From contig DASQLJ010000533.1 in NCBI GenBank assembly GCA_035630095.1, forward strand, positions 1-41,519: a DNA stretch of 41,519 nt. Reading direction: 5' to 3'. Under the pieces are notes generated by a model. It did no database searches. It was not told the origin of the DNA and saw only the letters and a list, made by a program, of their open reading frames with translations. Position numbers and translations under genes: made by a program. Source of the stretch: Longimicrobium sp. Its GTDB lineage: Bacteria; Gemmatimonadota; Gemmatimonadetes; Longimicrobiales; Longimicrobiaceae. Of the stretch, positions 1 to 8,531 are shown one piece after another (position 1 is the stretch's first letter; each line of letters opens with the position of its first letter).

Positions 1-239
1 TGGTTGTAGCGCGCGTCGCCGATGAAGGTGGCCGTCACCGGGTTCAGCGCCATCGAACGCTCGAACAACGCCTCCGCGAGCTGGTCCAGCCGCTGGTTCT
101 CGCTCGCCGCCGCGGACGGCACGCCAGGGGACGGCGCGGCCGAGGAGGGCGCCGGCGCGGCGGGGGCGCCGGACCCGGCCGGCTGCGGCGCGCAGGCGGC
201 GAGGATGCACACCGCGGCGAACGTCATCTTCTGCTTCAA
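1..239 (-). CDS. DUF885-family lipoprotein, N-terminal part (runs off the window edge)
   Basis: Not in the ORF track. Manual translation from TTG at 239 (GGAGA RBS upstream): MKQKMTFAAVCILAACAPQPAGSGAP...ENQRLDQLAEALFERSMALNPVTATFIGDARYN. Lipobox LAAC; the 'P.TAT..GD.RY' segment is typical of DUF885 N-termini. Confidence 0.65.
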   Translation of the reverse strand, partial: MKQKMTFAAVCILAACAPQPAGSGAPAAPAPSSAAPSPGVPSAAASENQRLDQLAEALFERSMALNPVTATFIGDARYN

Positions 240-334
240 CGGAGCTCTCCTGGGTAGGGATGGTGCGCCCGTACGCCCGTGATCGGTGGGGAGCCGTCAG
301 AATATGCAGGACGCGGCGTTCCCACTACCCCCCG

Positions 335-398
335 CCCTGGCTCGTTCCTCGCCTGTCCCTCCCCCGAACTGCAGGGGAGGGACGGTCGGCGAGGCTTG
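335..398. repeat. REP-like palindromic repeat family A, copy 1
   Basis: CCCTGGCTCGTTCCTCGCCTGTCCCTCCCCCGAACTGCAGGGGAGGGAC recurs at about 508 and 26519; internal hairpin GTCCCTCCCC...GGGGAGGGAC. Confidence 0.85.
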
Positions 399-507
399 CG
401 GGGGCTTGCTCGCGACTGGCTGCGTGCCAGGTGGATGACGCCAGGACAGGCGCGTCATGTGCGGCTCAACCTCAACCAACGCGGCTCGCCACCGCCGCGG
501 GCCCTCT

Positions 508-584
508 CCCTGGCTCGTTCCTCGCCTGTCCCTCCCCCGAACTGCAGGCCGAACTGCAGGGGAGGGACGGTCGGCGAGGCTTGC
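508..584. repeat. REP-like repeat family A, copy 2 (tandem duplication of CCGAACTGCAGG in the loop)
   Basis: Near-identical to 335-398 with a short internal duplication. Confidence 0.85.
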
Positions 585-679
585 AGGGGGTCGCTCGTCG
601 TCCGGCTGCTGTGTGCCAGGGACGGATGGGCAATGACAGGCGCGCCATGGTCGCCAAACGCGCAACCGCAGCCCGATCA

Positions 680-729
680 ACCTCTCCCGGAACGGGAGAG
701 GTGGGCGCCCTCAGGCGACCGGAGAGGGC
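680..729. repeat. REP-like repeat family B, copy 1
   Basis: ACCTCTCCCGGAACGGGAGAGGTGGGCGCCCTCAGGCGACCGGAGAGGGC; close match at 38516-38565 and looser match at 36061-36109. Confidence 0.8.
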
Positions 730-768
730 ACAGCGCCGCGGCAGCACGTTCGCTTCCGGTGACACGCG

Positions 769-803
769 AAAAACGCCCCCGCCGGCAGCGCGGCGGGGGC
801 GTT
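769..803 (-). terminator. Rho-independent terminator downstream of 883..1440
   Basis: Stem CGCCCCCGCCG/CGGCGGGGGCG followed by TTTTT on the minus strand. Confidence 0.7.
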
Positions 804-882
804 CTTCATCTCGTCGATTCAGCCCGAGGCGAGCCCGGAAGCGCACTCGCGCACTTCCGCACTCGCGCACCTGTCAGCGGTG

Positions 883-1440
883 CTACAGGTCGAGCCCAAG
901 CATCTTGTTCACCCTCGCCTCAAGCGAGGGCAGCGTCGCGCCAGAGATCGCGCTCTCGAGGAGATCCACCAGCTCCTCGCCGAAGTCGTCCGGCTTGCGG
1001 CGGCTGATGCGCACCAGCGGGGCGAAGGCCAGCAGCACCGTGCGCTCGTCGCCGCCCTCGTCGCCGTAGCCCTCGTCGCGCCAGCCCTCGTAGTTGGCGC
1101 TCGACTTCCAGGGCTCGTCGTCCTCCTCGTCCTCCATCTCCTCCGGCACCATGCCGTCGGGGAGCGAATGCACGGGGATGGAGATGCCCACCATGGCCTT
1201 CACCTCGGCCGAGGGATCCTCCGGCTCCTCGGCCAGCAGCCCCAGCTGCACCGGGTCGCGCAGCGTCTGGCGCAGCAGCGTGAGGGTGTCCGAGGGGAGC
1301 ATGGCGCGGAAGGACGCACGCTCGTTGCCGTCGACGTAGAACGCCATGGGCACCAGCTCCGCGTCGGTCGGCACCAGTCCCTCGGCGTCCACTTCGCGCA
1401 TCACGAGCTCGACCGGCTCTTCGCGGATGTAGACGTGCAT
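883..1440 (-). CDS. Hypothetical acidic protein (185 aa)
   Basis: Protein-like composition, GGAGA RBS upstream, terminator downstream; no family recognised. Confidence 0.75.
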   Translation of the reverse strand: MHVYIREEPVELVMREVDAEGLVPTDAELVPMAFYVDGNERASFRAMLPSDTLTLLRQTLRDPVQLGLLAEEPEDPSAEVKAMVGISIPVHSLPDGMVPEEMEDEEDDEPWKSSANYEGWRDEGYGDEGGDERTVLLAFAPLVRISRRKPDDFGEELVDLLESAISGATLPSLEARVNKMLGLDL

Positions 1441-1706
1441 GGGCGTGGATCTCCTTAGAGTGGAACGACTTGGGGACGGACTGCGGAAATCGCGGCCCTG
1501 CGAAGCATTCTTACCCCCAGCGGCCTACAGGTTCCCCCGTGGGGCGCGGGAATTGCCCCCCGCCCGGGCGCCGGTATGTTGACGCATGGCTCAGCGCCGC
1601 CGTCACCCCCGTGGCGCCAACGGGCCCGCCGAAATCGAATGTAGCCGCGCCGCCCGCGGAACGCACGAACTTTCACGGGCGGCGGCCACCCGCGCCGTTT
1701 CTCCGC

Positions 1707-4583
1707 ATGCTCCCAGTGGTTCAGCCCGACCCCCGCGCCGCGCGCCTGGAGCGCGCCCTGCGCCAGCGCGTGCGGGGCGAGGTCCGCTTCGACGCGCACT
1801 CGCGGCTGCTGTACAGCACCGACGCCTCGCTCTACCAGTTCCTCCCCGTGGGCGTGGTGGTTCCGGAAGACGCCGAGGACGTGGTGGCCGCCGTGACCCT
1901 CGCGGCCGAGCACGGCGTCCCCGTCCTCCCCCGTGGCGGCGGGACGGCGCTGGCCGGGCAGACGGTGGGCGCCGCGCTGGTGCTCGACTTCACCAAGCGG
2001 ATGAACCGGGTGCTCTCCATCGACCCCGACGCGCGACGCGCGCGCGTGCAGCCGGGGCTGCGGCTCGACCGGCTGAACCGCGCGCTGGCGCCGTTCGGGC
2101 TGCAGTTCGGCCCCGACCCGGCCACCATCCGCCAGTGCGCGCTGGGCGGGATGATCGGCAACAACTCGTGCGGCGCGCGCTCCCTGGTCTACGGCAAGAC
2201 CGGCGACCACGTCCACTCGCTCGACTGCGTGCTGGCCGACGGGCGCTGCGCGCACTTCTCCGCCATGCGCCGCGACGCGCTGGCCGGTGCGCCCGGCGCC
2301 GAGGGCGAGCTGGCGCGCGGCGTGATGGCGCTGCTGGAGCCGCACCGCGCTTCCATCCTCGACCGTTATCCGAAGATCCCGCGCCGCGTGTCGGGCTACA
2401 ACCTCGACGCGATGCTCGAGGACGAGGAGCTGAACCTGGCGCGGCTGATCGTGGGCTCGGAGGGGACGCTGGCGACCGTCGTGGAGGCCGAGGTGGGGCT
2501 GGTGCCGGTGCCGCCGGCGCGGTCGCTGGTGCTCCTCTCCTTCCGCGAGCGCTTCACCTCGTTCGACGCGGTGCCCTCCATCCTCCCCGAGCCGGGGCTG
2601 ACGGCGCTGGAGATCGTGGACTCGCGCGTGCTGCAGGGCGCGCGCGAGATCTTCTCCTTCCGCCAGACGGCGGCGATGGTGGCGCCCGACGCGCTGGGCG
2701 TGCTCTTCTGCGAGTTTTCTGGCGACTCGGCGGACGAGGTGCGGGGGCTGGCGGAGGACTTCGCCGCACGGGCGCCGCGGCTGCCGGGGAACCCGTCCGC
2801 CGGCGCGTTCCTCACCGAGCGCGAGCAGACGGCGGCGTGGGCGCTGCGGCAGGCGGCGACGGGGCTGCTCTACCTCACCACGCCGTCCAAGGACATCAAG
2901 CCGCAGGAGTTCGTGGAGGACACCGGGTGCCCGCCCGAGAAGCTGGGCGCCTACACCCGGCGCTTCGAGGAGATCGTGCAGCGGCACGGCACCACCACCG
3001 GCTTCTTCGGCCACGCCGGGCAGGGGTGCCTGCACATCCGCGTGGACCTGAACCTGAAGCTGGGCGAGGACCGCGACCGCATGCAGCGCATCGCCCACGA
3101 CATCGCCGACCTGGTGGTGGAGTTCGGCGGCTCGCTCAGCGGCGAGCACGGCGACGGGCTGGCCCGCAGCGAGTTCCTCCCCAAGATGTTCGGCCCGGAG
3201 CTGATCGAGCTGCACGGAAAGGTGAAGGCGGTGTTCGATCCCAACGGGCGGATGAACCCCGGCGGCAAGATCACCCCGCCGTACCAGCGCATGAGCGACA
3301 ACCTGCGCTTCGACGCGGAATACGCCGTCACCCCGCCGGCCGAGACCTTCTTCCACTACGCCGAGGGCGGGTGGGACGTGGCGGTGGAGAAGTGCAACGG
3401 GATGGCCGTCTGCCGCAAGCTGGACGCGGGGACGATGTGCCCCAGCTACATGGTCACGCAGGAGGAGATGCACAGCACCCGCGGCCGCGCCAACTCGCTG
3501 CGCGAGGCGATGCGCGGCTCGCTGCCGGGGATGAAGAGCCACGAGGTGCTGGAGGCGCTGGACCTCTGTCTCGCCTGCAAGGCGTGCAAGACCGAGTGTC
3601 CCGTGGGGGTCGACATGGCGCGCTACAAGGCCGAGTTCCTGGCCCAGCACCACCGCGAGCACGGGACGGACCGCAAGGCGCACTTCTTCGGGCGCGTGCA
3701 CGACTTGGCGAAGCTGGCCAGCATCGCCCCGCGCGCGGCGAACCTGGGGCAGCGGCTGATGGGGCGCGCCATGCAGGCCGCCACCGGGATGGACCCGCGC
3801 CGGCAGATGCCCGGCTTCGCGAAGCAGCCCTTCCGCCCCGCCTTCGCCAAACGCAAGCGCTCGATCGTGGGCGGCCGGGCGACGGTGATCCTGTTCGACG
3901 ACACCTTCCACAACTTCTTCGAGCCCGGCCCGCTGCACGCGGCCGCGAAGGTGCTGACGGACGCCGGCTACGAGGTGCGCCTCCCGAAGAAGCAGGTGTG
4001 CTGCGGCCGCGCGGCGGTGTCGAAAGGGCTGCTGGACCACGCGCGCGACCTGCAGACCGAGCTGCTGGAGACGCTGCTGCCGGAGGTGGAGCGCGGCGCC
4101 TGGATCGTGGGGGTGGAGCCGAGCTGCATCCTCACCCTGCGCGACGAGCTCCCCGACCTGGTGCGCGACGAGCGGGCGAAGCAGCTCGCGACGGCGGCGG
4201 TGACGTTCGAGGAGTTCCTGGCCTCGCTCCCGGACTGGCGCCCCGGGCGGCTGGAACGCAAGGCGATCGTCCACGGCCACTGCCACCAGAAGGCGCTGGT
4301 GGGGATGGGGCCCACGACGGAAGTCCTGTCCCGCGTCGAGGGGCTGGAGTTCACCGTGCTGGATTCGGGGTGCTGCGGGATGGCGGGGTCGTTCGGCTAC
4401 GAGAAGGGGCACTACGAGGTCTCGCAGGCGTGCGGCGAGCGCGTCCTCTTCCCCGCCGTGCGCGAGACCGCCGCGGACGACCTGGTGGTGGCCCCCGGCT
4501 TCAGCTGCCGCCACCAGATCTCCGATTTTTGCGGTGGACGCAAGTCGATCCACACCGCGGAGCTGTTGGCGATGGCGGAGTGA
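1707..4583 (+). CDS. FAD-binding and (Fe-S)-binding oxidoreductase (GlcD/GlcF fusion, YdiJ-like)
   Basis: FAD_binding_4 motif PRGGGTALAGQ, GGMIGNNSCG, GEHGDG, ferredoxin motifs CNGMAVC and CLACKACKTECP, C-terminal CCG domains (VCCGR, HGHCH, GCCGMAG). Likely start ATG 1707 within ORF 1470..4583. Confidence 0.92.
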   Translation: MLPVVQPDPRAARLERALRQRVRGEVRFDAHSRLLYSTDASLYQFLPVGVVVPEDAEDVVAAVTLAAEHGVPVLPRGGGTALAGQTVGAALVLDFTKRMNRVLSIDPDARRARVQPGLRLDRLNRALAPFGLQFGPDPATIRQCALGGMIGNNSCGARSLVYGKTGDHVHSLDCVLADGRCAHFSAMRRDALAGAPGAEGELARGVMALLEPHRASILDRYPKIPRRVSGYNLDAMLEDEELNLARLIVGSEGTLATVVEAEVGLVPVPPARSLVLLSFRERFTSFDAVPSILPEPGLTALEIVDSRVLQGAREIFSFRQTAAMVAPDALGVLFCEFSGDSADEVRGLAEDFAARAPRLPGNPSAGAFLTEREQTAAWALRQAATGLLYLTTPSKDIKPQEFVEDTGCPPEKLGAYTRRFEEIVQRHGTTTGFFGHAGQGCLHIRVDLNLKLGEDRDRMQRIAHDIADLVVEFGGSLSGEHGDGLARSEFLPKMFGPELIELHGKVKAVFDPNGRMNPGGKITPPYQRMSDNLRFDAEYAVTPPAETFFHYAEGGWDVAVEKCNGMAVCRKLDAGTMCPSYMVTQEEMHSTRGRANSLREAMRGSLPGMKSHEVLEALDLCLACKACKTECPVGVDMARYKAEFLAQHHREHGTDRKAHFFGRVHDLAKLASIAPRAANLGQRLMGRAMQAATGMDPRRQMPGFAKQPFRPAFAKRKRSIVGGRATVILFDDTFHNFFEPGPLHAAAKVLTDAGYEVRLPKKQVCCGRAAVSKGLLDHARDLQTELLETLLPEVERGAWIVGVEPSCILTLRDELPDLVRDERAKQLATAAVTFEEFLASLPDWRPGRLERKAIVHGHCHQKALVGMGPTTEVLSRVEGLEFTVLDSGCCGMAGSFGYEKGHYEVSQACGERVLFPAVRETAADDLVVAPGFSCRHQISDFCGGRKSIHTAELLAMAE

Positions 4584-4603
4584 GGAGACTACGGGTTACC
4601 TCC

Positions 4604-5257
4604 TTATCGTCGTAAGTCCGCGAGAGGAGGGCGGTCACGGGCGATTCTCTTCTCACTCCAATTTGTACGAGTAATCGAGGCGTACGCCGCTTTCGAGGGC
4701 TCACCTCCGGCAAGCCGCTCCACCTTCAACATAGCACTGATCGCAGCCTTCGCACCCACGCGCTGCATTTTGCCCGGGAGACTATGAAGCAGAATCAACA
4801 GCAGATCTTCAGATGGAACGCCGGTTAGCCCACTTACAAGTTGATCTGCGATCGGGGGGTTATTTCCCGAGACGCTGAGTACAACGTCAACTAACGCCAA
4901 CGCGGCAGCCCGGGTTGCGTCTAGTTGCAATTCCTCTGGAATTGAGCGCATATGGTGTAGAACGAGCGCTTCGATGGACGTCGGTTCAAGGGAAGGTTGT
5001 GGCTCATGGACAAACTCGAACTGTGGGTCATCGAACAAACTCGCCATCGATGTGCGTAGTGCCAAGGCCAGCCTTCGCTTGGTCGCGAGCCGCGGCTCAG
5101 CCGTACCTCGCCGATCCGCACGCATGATCCGGTACAGCGTACTTGCTGAAATACCGGCCGCTGCCGCGACTTCAGGGGCCTCTAAACCGAGAGCCCGCAT
5201 CCGATCTTGGAGCCGCCAACCTAAAGCGGTAAGGCTCGATAGTGGTCTACGTCCCAT
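4604..5257 (-). CDS. XRE/Cro-type HTH transcriptional regulator (cassette copy 1)
   Basis: HTH segment APEVAAAAGISASTLYRIMR...PRLATKRRLALAL; homologous to 20897..21355. Likely start ATG 5257. Confidence 0.8.
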   Translation of the reverse strand: MGRRPLSSLTALGWRLQDRMRALGLEAPEVAAAAGISASTLYRIMRADRRGTAEPRLATKRRLALALRTSMASLFDDPQFEFVHEPQPSLEPTSIEALVLHHMRSIPEELQLDATRAAALALVDVVLSVSGNNPPIADQLVSGLTGVPSEDLLLILLHSLPGKMQRVGAKAAISAMLKVERLAGGEPSKAAYASITRTNWSEKRIARDRPPLADLRR

Positions 5258-5285
5258 TCGCTCAATTTGTGCGGGACAGAAATAC

Positions 5286-5314
5286 TTGCATTGCAAATAT
5301 AATGTGAGTATGTT
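5286..5314 (+). promoter_or_regulatory. Sigma70-like promoter with overlapping palindrome (candidate operator)
   Basis: TTGCAT-17 nt-TATGTT; TTGCA-T-TGCAA inverted repeat at 5286-5296 overlaps the -35. Confidence 0.55.
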
Positions 5315-5400
5315 GAGATCACCATACCCCCGCGCGAAACTCTGGGGGGTTTCAGGATTTCGGATGTGGCCCTATAGTTTACCAGGTTCAGGAGGCACTG

Positions 5401-5814
5401 ATGATCGCAACCTCGGAGCACGAAACGGTGTTGAGGGAAGACCGTGCCTTCGGCGCATTTCTCGCGGCCCTCGCCGATCGTGGTGTGGTCCAGATTGCTG
5501 GCGCCTCTACGGCGGTCCATGAAGCGTTCAAGGCTGCGCTCGCCAGACTGCAAGCTGACGAAGTGGTGGGACCTTACTTCGCACACTACTTCCCGAGCCG
5601 CAGCACCGGCCGTATCGACGAACTCGACCAAGCTCTAGTGAGGGGCGAGGCCGCGGGTATAGTTCAGTATGCTAATCCAACGTACTCGCGCATCCAGATC
5701 TCTCTTACGCCATTTGAGACAGACGAGCTACTCAGCGAATTTCCTGAACATCGACAGGTGTTTTCAGAAGCGGCTGAGGCATTTCAGAAGCGTTTTATAC
5801 ATGAATCATGGTGA
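5401..5814 (+). CDS. Small putative winged-helix protein (YwgA/SocA-Panacea-like), cassette copy 1
   Basis: GGAGG RBS; clear paralog of 21611..22030 (DRAFxAFLAAL, GRIxxLDxAxxRxExxGxVQxxNPxYxR). The fold assignment is inference. Confidence 0.7.
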   Translation: MIATSEHETVLREDRAFGAFLAALADRGVVQIAGASTAVHEAFKAALARLQADEVVGPYFAHYFPSRSTGRIDELDQALVRGEAAGIVQYANPTYSRIQISLTPFETDELLSEFPEHRQVFSEAAEAFQKRFIHESW

Positions 5815-5829
5815 GAGTGGATCCGCCTC

Positions 5830-8505
5830 ATGAGCTTACTGGCAGCTCGTAAGGACAGGGGCGTCGCGCCTCTGGCCACTCGGATAGACGATTGGGCGGA
5901 GAAGGTTCTCCGCCCATATTTACGTAAATACCCTCAGAACCCTTACCAAAGCTCGAAGATCTTTCAAGATCTTGTATGGGGGCCGATCGAGGTCCGTCCA
6001 GGCGAACTGTATATTTTAGATAGTCCAATTGGACAGCGGCTCCGCTATGTGGCGCAATTGGGTGTTGCGCACTTTTTATATCCCACTATCGGCTATTCAC
6101 GATTTGAGCATTCACTTGGTGCGCTGCATCAATTGGATCGGATGCTCCGGTCTCTGCAAGCGACAAAGCGATGCCCTGCCCAACTTGAGCAACTACCGTA
6201 TATCTATTGCCTACGATTAGCGGCATTGCTCCACGATATCGGACACTGCGCTTTCAGCCACGTCTCGGAGAAATTCTATCAATTTCATCCGGATATTGTT
6301 TACACAAGAAATTGCTTTGCTAAGCTGTATAGGAGGAGACCGTCTGCTTCCGAGGTGCTTTCACTACTCATAATCAGTTCGGAAGTTCTTCGAGAACTTA
6401 TTGATGTGCCCGCAACAGATAAGGGGGAGAGACCTCTTTCGCGGGAAGCCGGAATAGAACTCATTGGTGCTGTTATCGCCGGATCTAATTCAGATGCTTG
6501 GCCTCCGTTTCTCACGCAGATGGTAAATGGTGGCGTCGACTGCGACAAGCTTGATTACCTCGCCCGGGATGCAAAAACCGCCGGAACACCCGCGATGCTA
6601 GATGTTGGTCGCCTTCTTTCAAAACTTCGCGTTGCACGGACTACGGCAGGCGGCGCAGAAGTTGAATCGCTTGCGATAGATGTCACTGGCATTCGGGCTT
6701 TGGAAGAATTGCTGGCGACACGCGTGTTCCTGTTCGACAAGATCTATTTTCACCATAAGCTGTTAGCCGCGGAAGAGCTCCTCCGACGCGCGTTGACGAC
6801 TCTGGCTAAAGTTTTCCCCAATGTTACTGACCCTGTGTTTCTGCTGAACTACCCCGACGAGGACTTTCTTCGTTTTCGGCTACCAATCACTGCAGCAGAT
6901 GGTTTCGATCCAGAAACAACGCATCACCTGAGCGAAGCAGAGCATCTTTTTCGAAGAGTCGCCAATCGTGACCTCCCCCGCCGACAGTTTGCCTTTGCCC
7001 AACGTTTCTGGTTGAAACCACCGGAAATTATTAGGACAATCGCGACCAGCCTCGGACTTAAGGATGATAGAGCAAACCAGGTGATTGTACGTCGCCTCCT
7101 AACAACGTCGACTGGAAAGGAAGAGGAACGCGAAGCCTTACGCGTGCGAATTGGGGAACTGGCCGCTGAATTAGGTCACCCGACCGGTGTATACGTAACT
7201 TGGCCGGATCCAGAGCGTGTTTCATACAAGCTGGAAATCCCTGCGGTCGATGCTGATGGCGGGGTTACGCAGGTCGACCAACTGTTCTCTTCCAGTATGT
7301 GGGTAGAAGCATACGGCGTAAACAAACAGACGGGGTATGTGTTTGCTGACACGCCTGCTCCTGCCGTCTACCTCGCTGCTGAACGGGCGTTCGCGGAGCG
7401 AACACTCACTTGGGATTCGCGGTGTTGGAAGCTCGCGAAGGTTAGCAATACTGCCGTAGAGGAATTCCGAGCTGATCTCCCACAGGTCTTGGGGTGGGTA
7501 CAGCATAGACTTGCTCCGGATTATTTGATATCCCCCGATGCTGCGCGTCGAATCGCGACGGTAGAGACAAAGCTCGGCCAGTTTCTAACCACCCGCGGAA
7601 TCGAAACCGTTCAGTGGATCCGCGCATGGTTGTGGCAGTTCCCTGATCCCGATCTACAGGAGTCAGCTTTACGCGTTTTGGAGCAATTCAAGGTTATCAA
7701 CCGGGCTGACCGCAGCCGTGCGTTTGAAATATTCAATAAAGCTACCGGTGCGAAGCTTTGGTGTGAACTCGCCGGTCAACGCAAGAAAACGTCCTCATCA
7801 AGTGCTCGTATCGGCTATGAAGCAAAAGACTTGGGTCCCGATGCACCCGAGATAGTCAAACTCTGGGATGTAGACCTTGATCGACTTAGAGAGCAAGGCA
7901 CTGTCGTCTTCTTCGATGATATTCTTTGCTCGGGTACTCAGAGTTCATCACTGCTATACAGTTGGTTTGATATGCCAGATAGAGCATCGGCTCCTGGCGA
8001 TGTGGACAAGCCGTTACCTGCGAAGTTGCAGCAGTTGATACGTCAACTCGGCGTCACATTCTTCTACCCTTTCGGTTGGGTTGGAGGGGTAGAGCTTCTC
8101 CGGAATACGTGCGAGGAACTCGGGATTCCAGTGAAGTTTCACTTGTGTGAATTGGCTGGAGAGCAACATACTATCGATTCGGTGGAGTTTGCTTGCGAGG
8201 AAAGTAGAAATCGGATTCTGCTGTATTTGGCTGAGCGGGGTATAGCACTGCTTTCCACGAAGCAGCCTGACTGGAAGGATGATCAGAAACAGTTATTTGC
8301 GCTGGGGTATGGTGGCATAAGAGCAATAGTTGCAAGCGATCATTCAATCCCGACCTGTACCCTTACCGCAATTTGGCAGGGTTCATACGAATCAGATAAC
8401 CTATGGCTGCCACTGTTACCACGCGACCAAGGTGTATATGCTCGCTTTTGGGGCCGGGTGGAAGAGGGCTTGGCACAAAAAGCAGCTCGAGTTCCAGAGC
8501 CGTAG
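5830..8505 (+). CDS. SAMHD1/dGTPase-like HD phosphohydrolase fused to a C-terminal PRTase-like domain (cassette copy 1)
   Basis: HD motifs RLRYVAQLG, SRFEHSLG, LLHDIGHCAFSH, DCDKLDYLARD, YFHHK. C-terminal PRPP-loop VVFFDDILCSGTQ, plus ALGYGG and IPTCTLTAIW...WLPLLPR. Confidence 0.88.
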   Translation: MSLLAARKDRGVAPLATRIDDWAEKVLRPYLRKYPQNPYQSSKIFQDLVWGPIEVRPGELYILDSPIGQRLRYVAQLGVAHFLYPTIGYSRFEHSLGALHQLDRMLRSLQATKRCPAQLEQLPYIYCLRLAALLHDIGHCAFSHVSEKFYQFHPDIVYTRNCFAKLYRRRPSASEVLSLLIISSEVLRELIDVPATDKGERPLSREAGIELIGAVIAGSNSDAWPPFLTQMVNGGVDCDKLDYLARDAKTAGTPAMLDVGRLLSKLRVARTTAGGAEVESLAIDVTGIRALEELLATRVFLFDKIYFHHKLLAAEELLRRALTTLAKVFPNVTDPVFLLNYPDEDFLRFRLPITAADGFDPETTHHLSEAEHLFRRVANRDLPRRQFAFAQRFWLKPPEIIRTIATSLGLKDDRANQVIVRRLLTTSTGKEEEREALRVRIGELAAELGHPTGVYVTWPDPERVSYKLEIPAVDADGGVTQVDQLFSSSMWVEAYGVNKQTGYVFADTPAPAVYLAAERAFAERTLTWDSRCWKLAKVSNTAVEEFRADLPQVLGWVQHRLAPDYLISPDAARRIATVETKLGQFLTTRGIETVQWIRAWLWQFPDPDLQESALRVLEQFKVINRADRSRAFEIFNKATGAKLWCELAGQRKKTSSSSARIGYEAKDLGPDAPEIVKLWDVDLDRLREQGTVVFFDDILCSGTQSSSLLYSWFDMPDRASAPGDVDKPLPAKLQQLIRQLGVTFFYPFGWVGGVELLRNTCEELGIPVKFHLCELAGEQHTIDSVEFACEESRNRILLYLAERGIALLSTKQPDWKDDQKQLFALGYGGIRAIVASDHSIPTCTLTAIWQGSYESDNLWLPLLPRDQGVYARFWGRVEEGLAQKAARVPEP

Positions 8506-8531
8506 ATTTTAGAGAATAGGGATCAACGGCC

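Larger units (their letters stand above)
4584..8525. other. Lower-GC accessory island 1 (XRE regulator + small protein + HD-PRTase)
   Basis: Abrupt shift to A/T-richer codon usage immediately after the oxidoreductase stop; reverts at about 8530. No mobility gene seen. Confidence 0.8.

Noticed and set aside
335-584. Two direct repeats separated by about 110 nt, superficially CRISPR-like
   Set aside because: Only two local copies, too long, a dispersed third copy at 26.5 kb, and no cas genes; better explained as REP-like.
22-1069. Plus-strand ORFs 22..282, 260..1069 and 279..1007
   Set aside because: Antisense to the DUF885 gene or translated through palindromic repeats; no protein-like signal.
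1455-4615. Very long alternative ORFs (1032 aa minus strand, 1009 aa plus strand) over the oxidoreductase, and similar ones at 12888-14858, 17261-18913, 24997-26553, 32368-35337 and 38701-40278
   Set aside because: Shadow frames of high-GC coding DNA: Arg/Gly/Pro/His-rich, no motifs, fully overlapping well-supported genes.
4584-8525. Retron interpretation of the cassette (PRTase + wHTH partners occur in type III retrons)
   Set aside because: No reverse transcriptase (no YADD-type RT ORF) in either island or elsewhere in the window.
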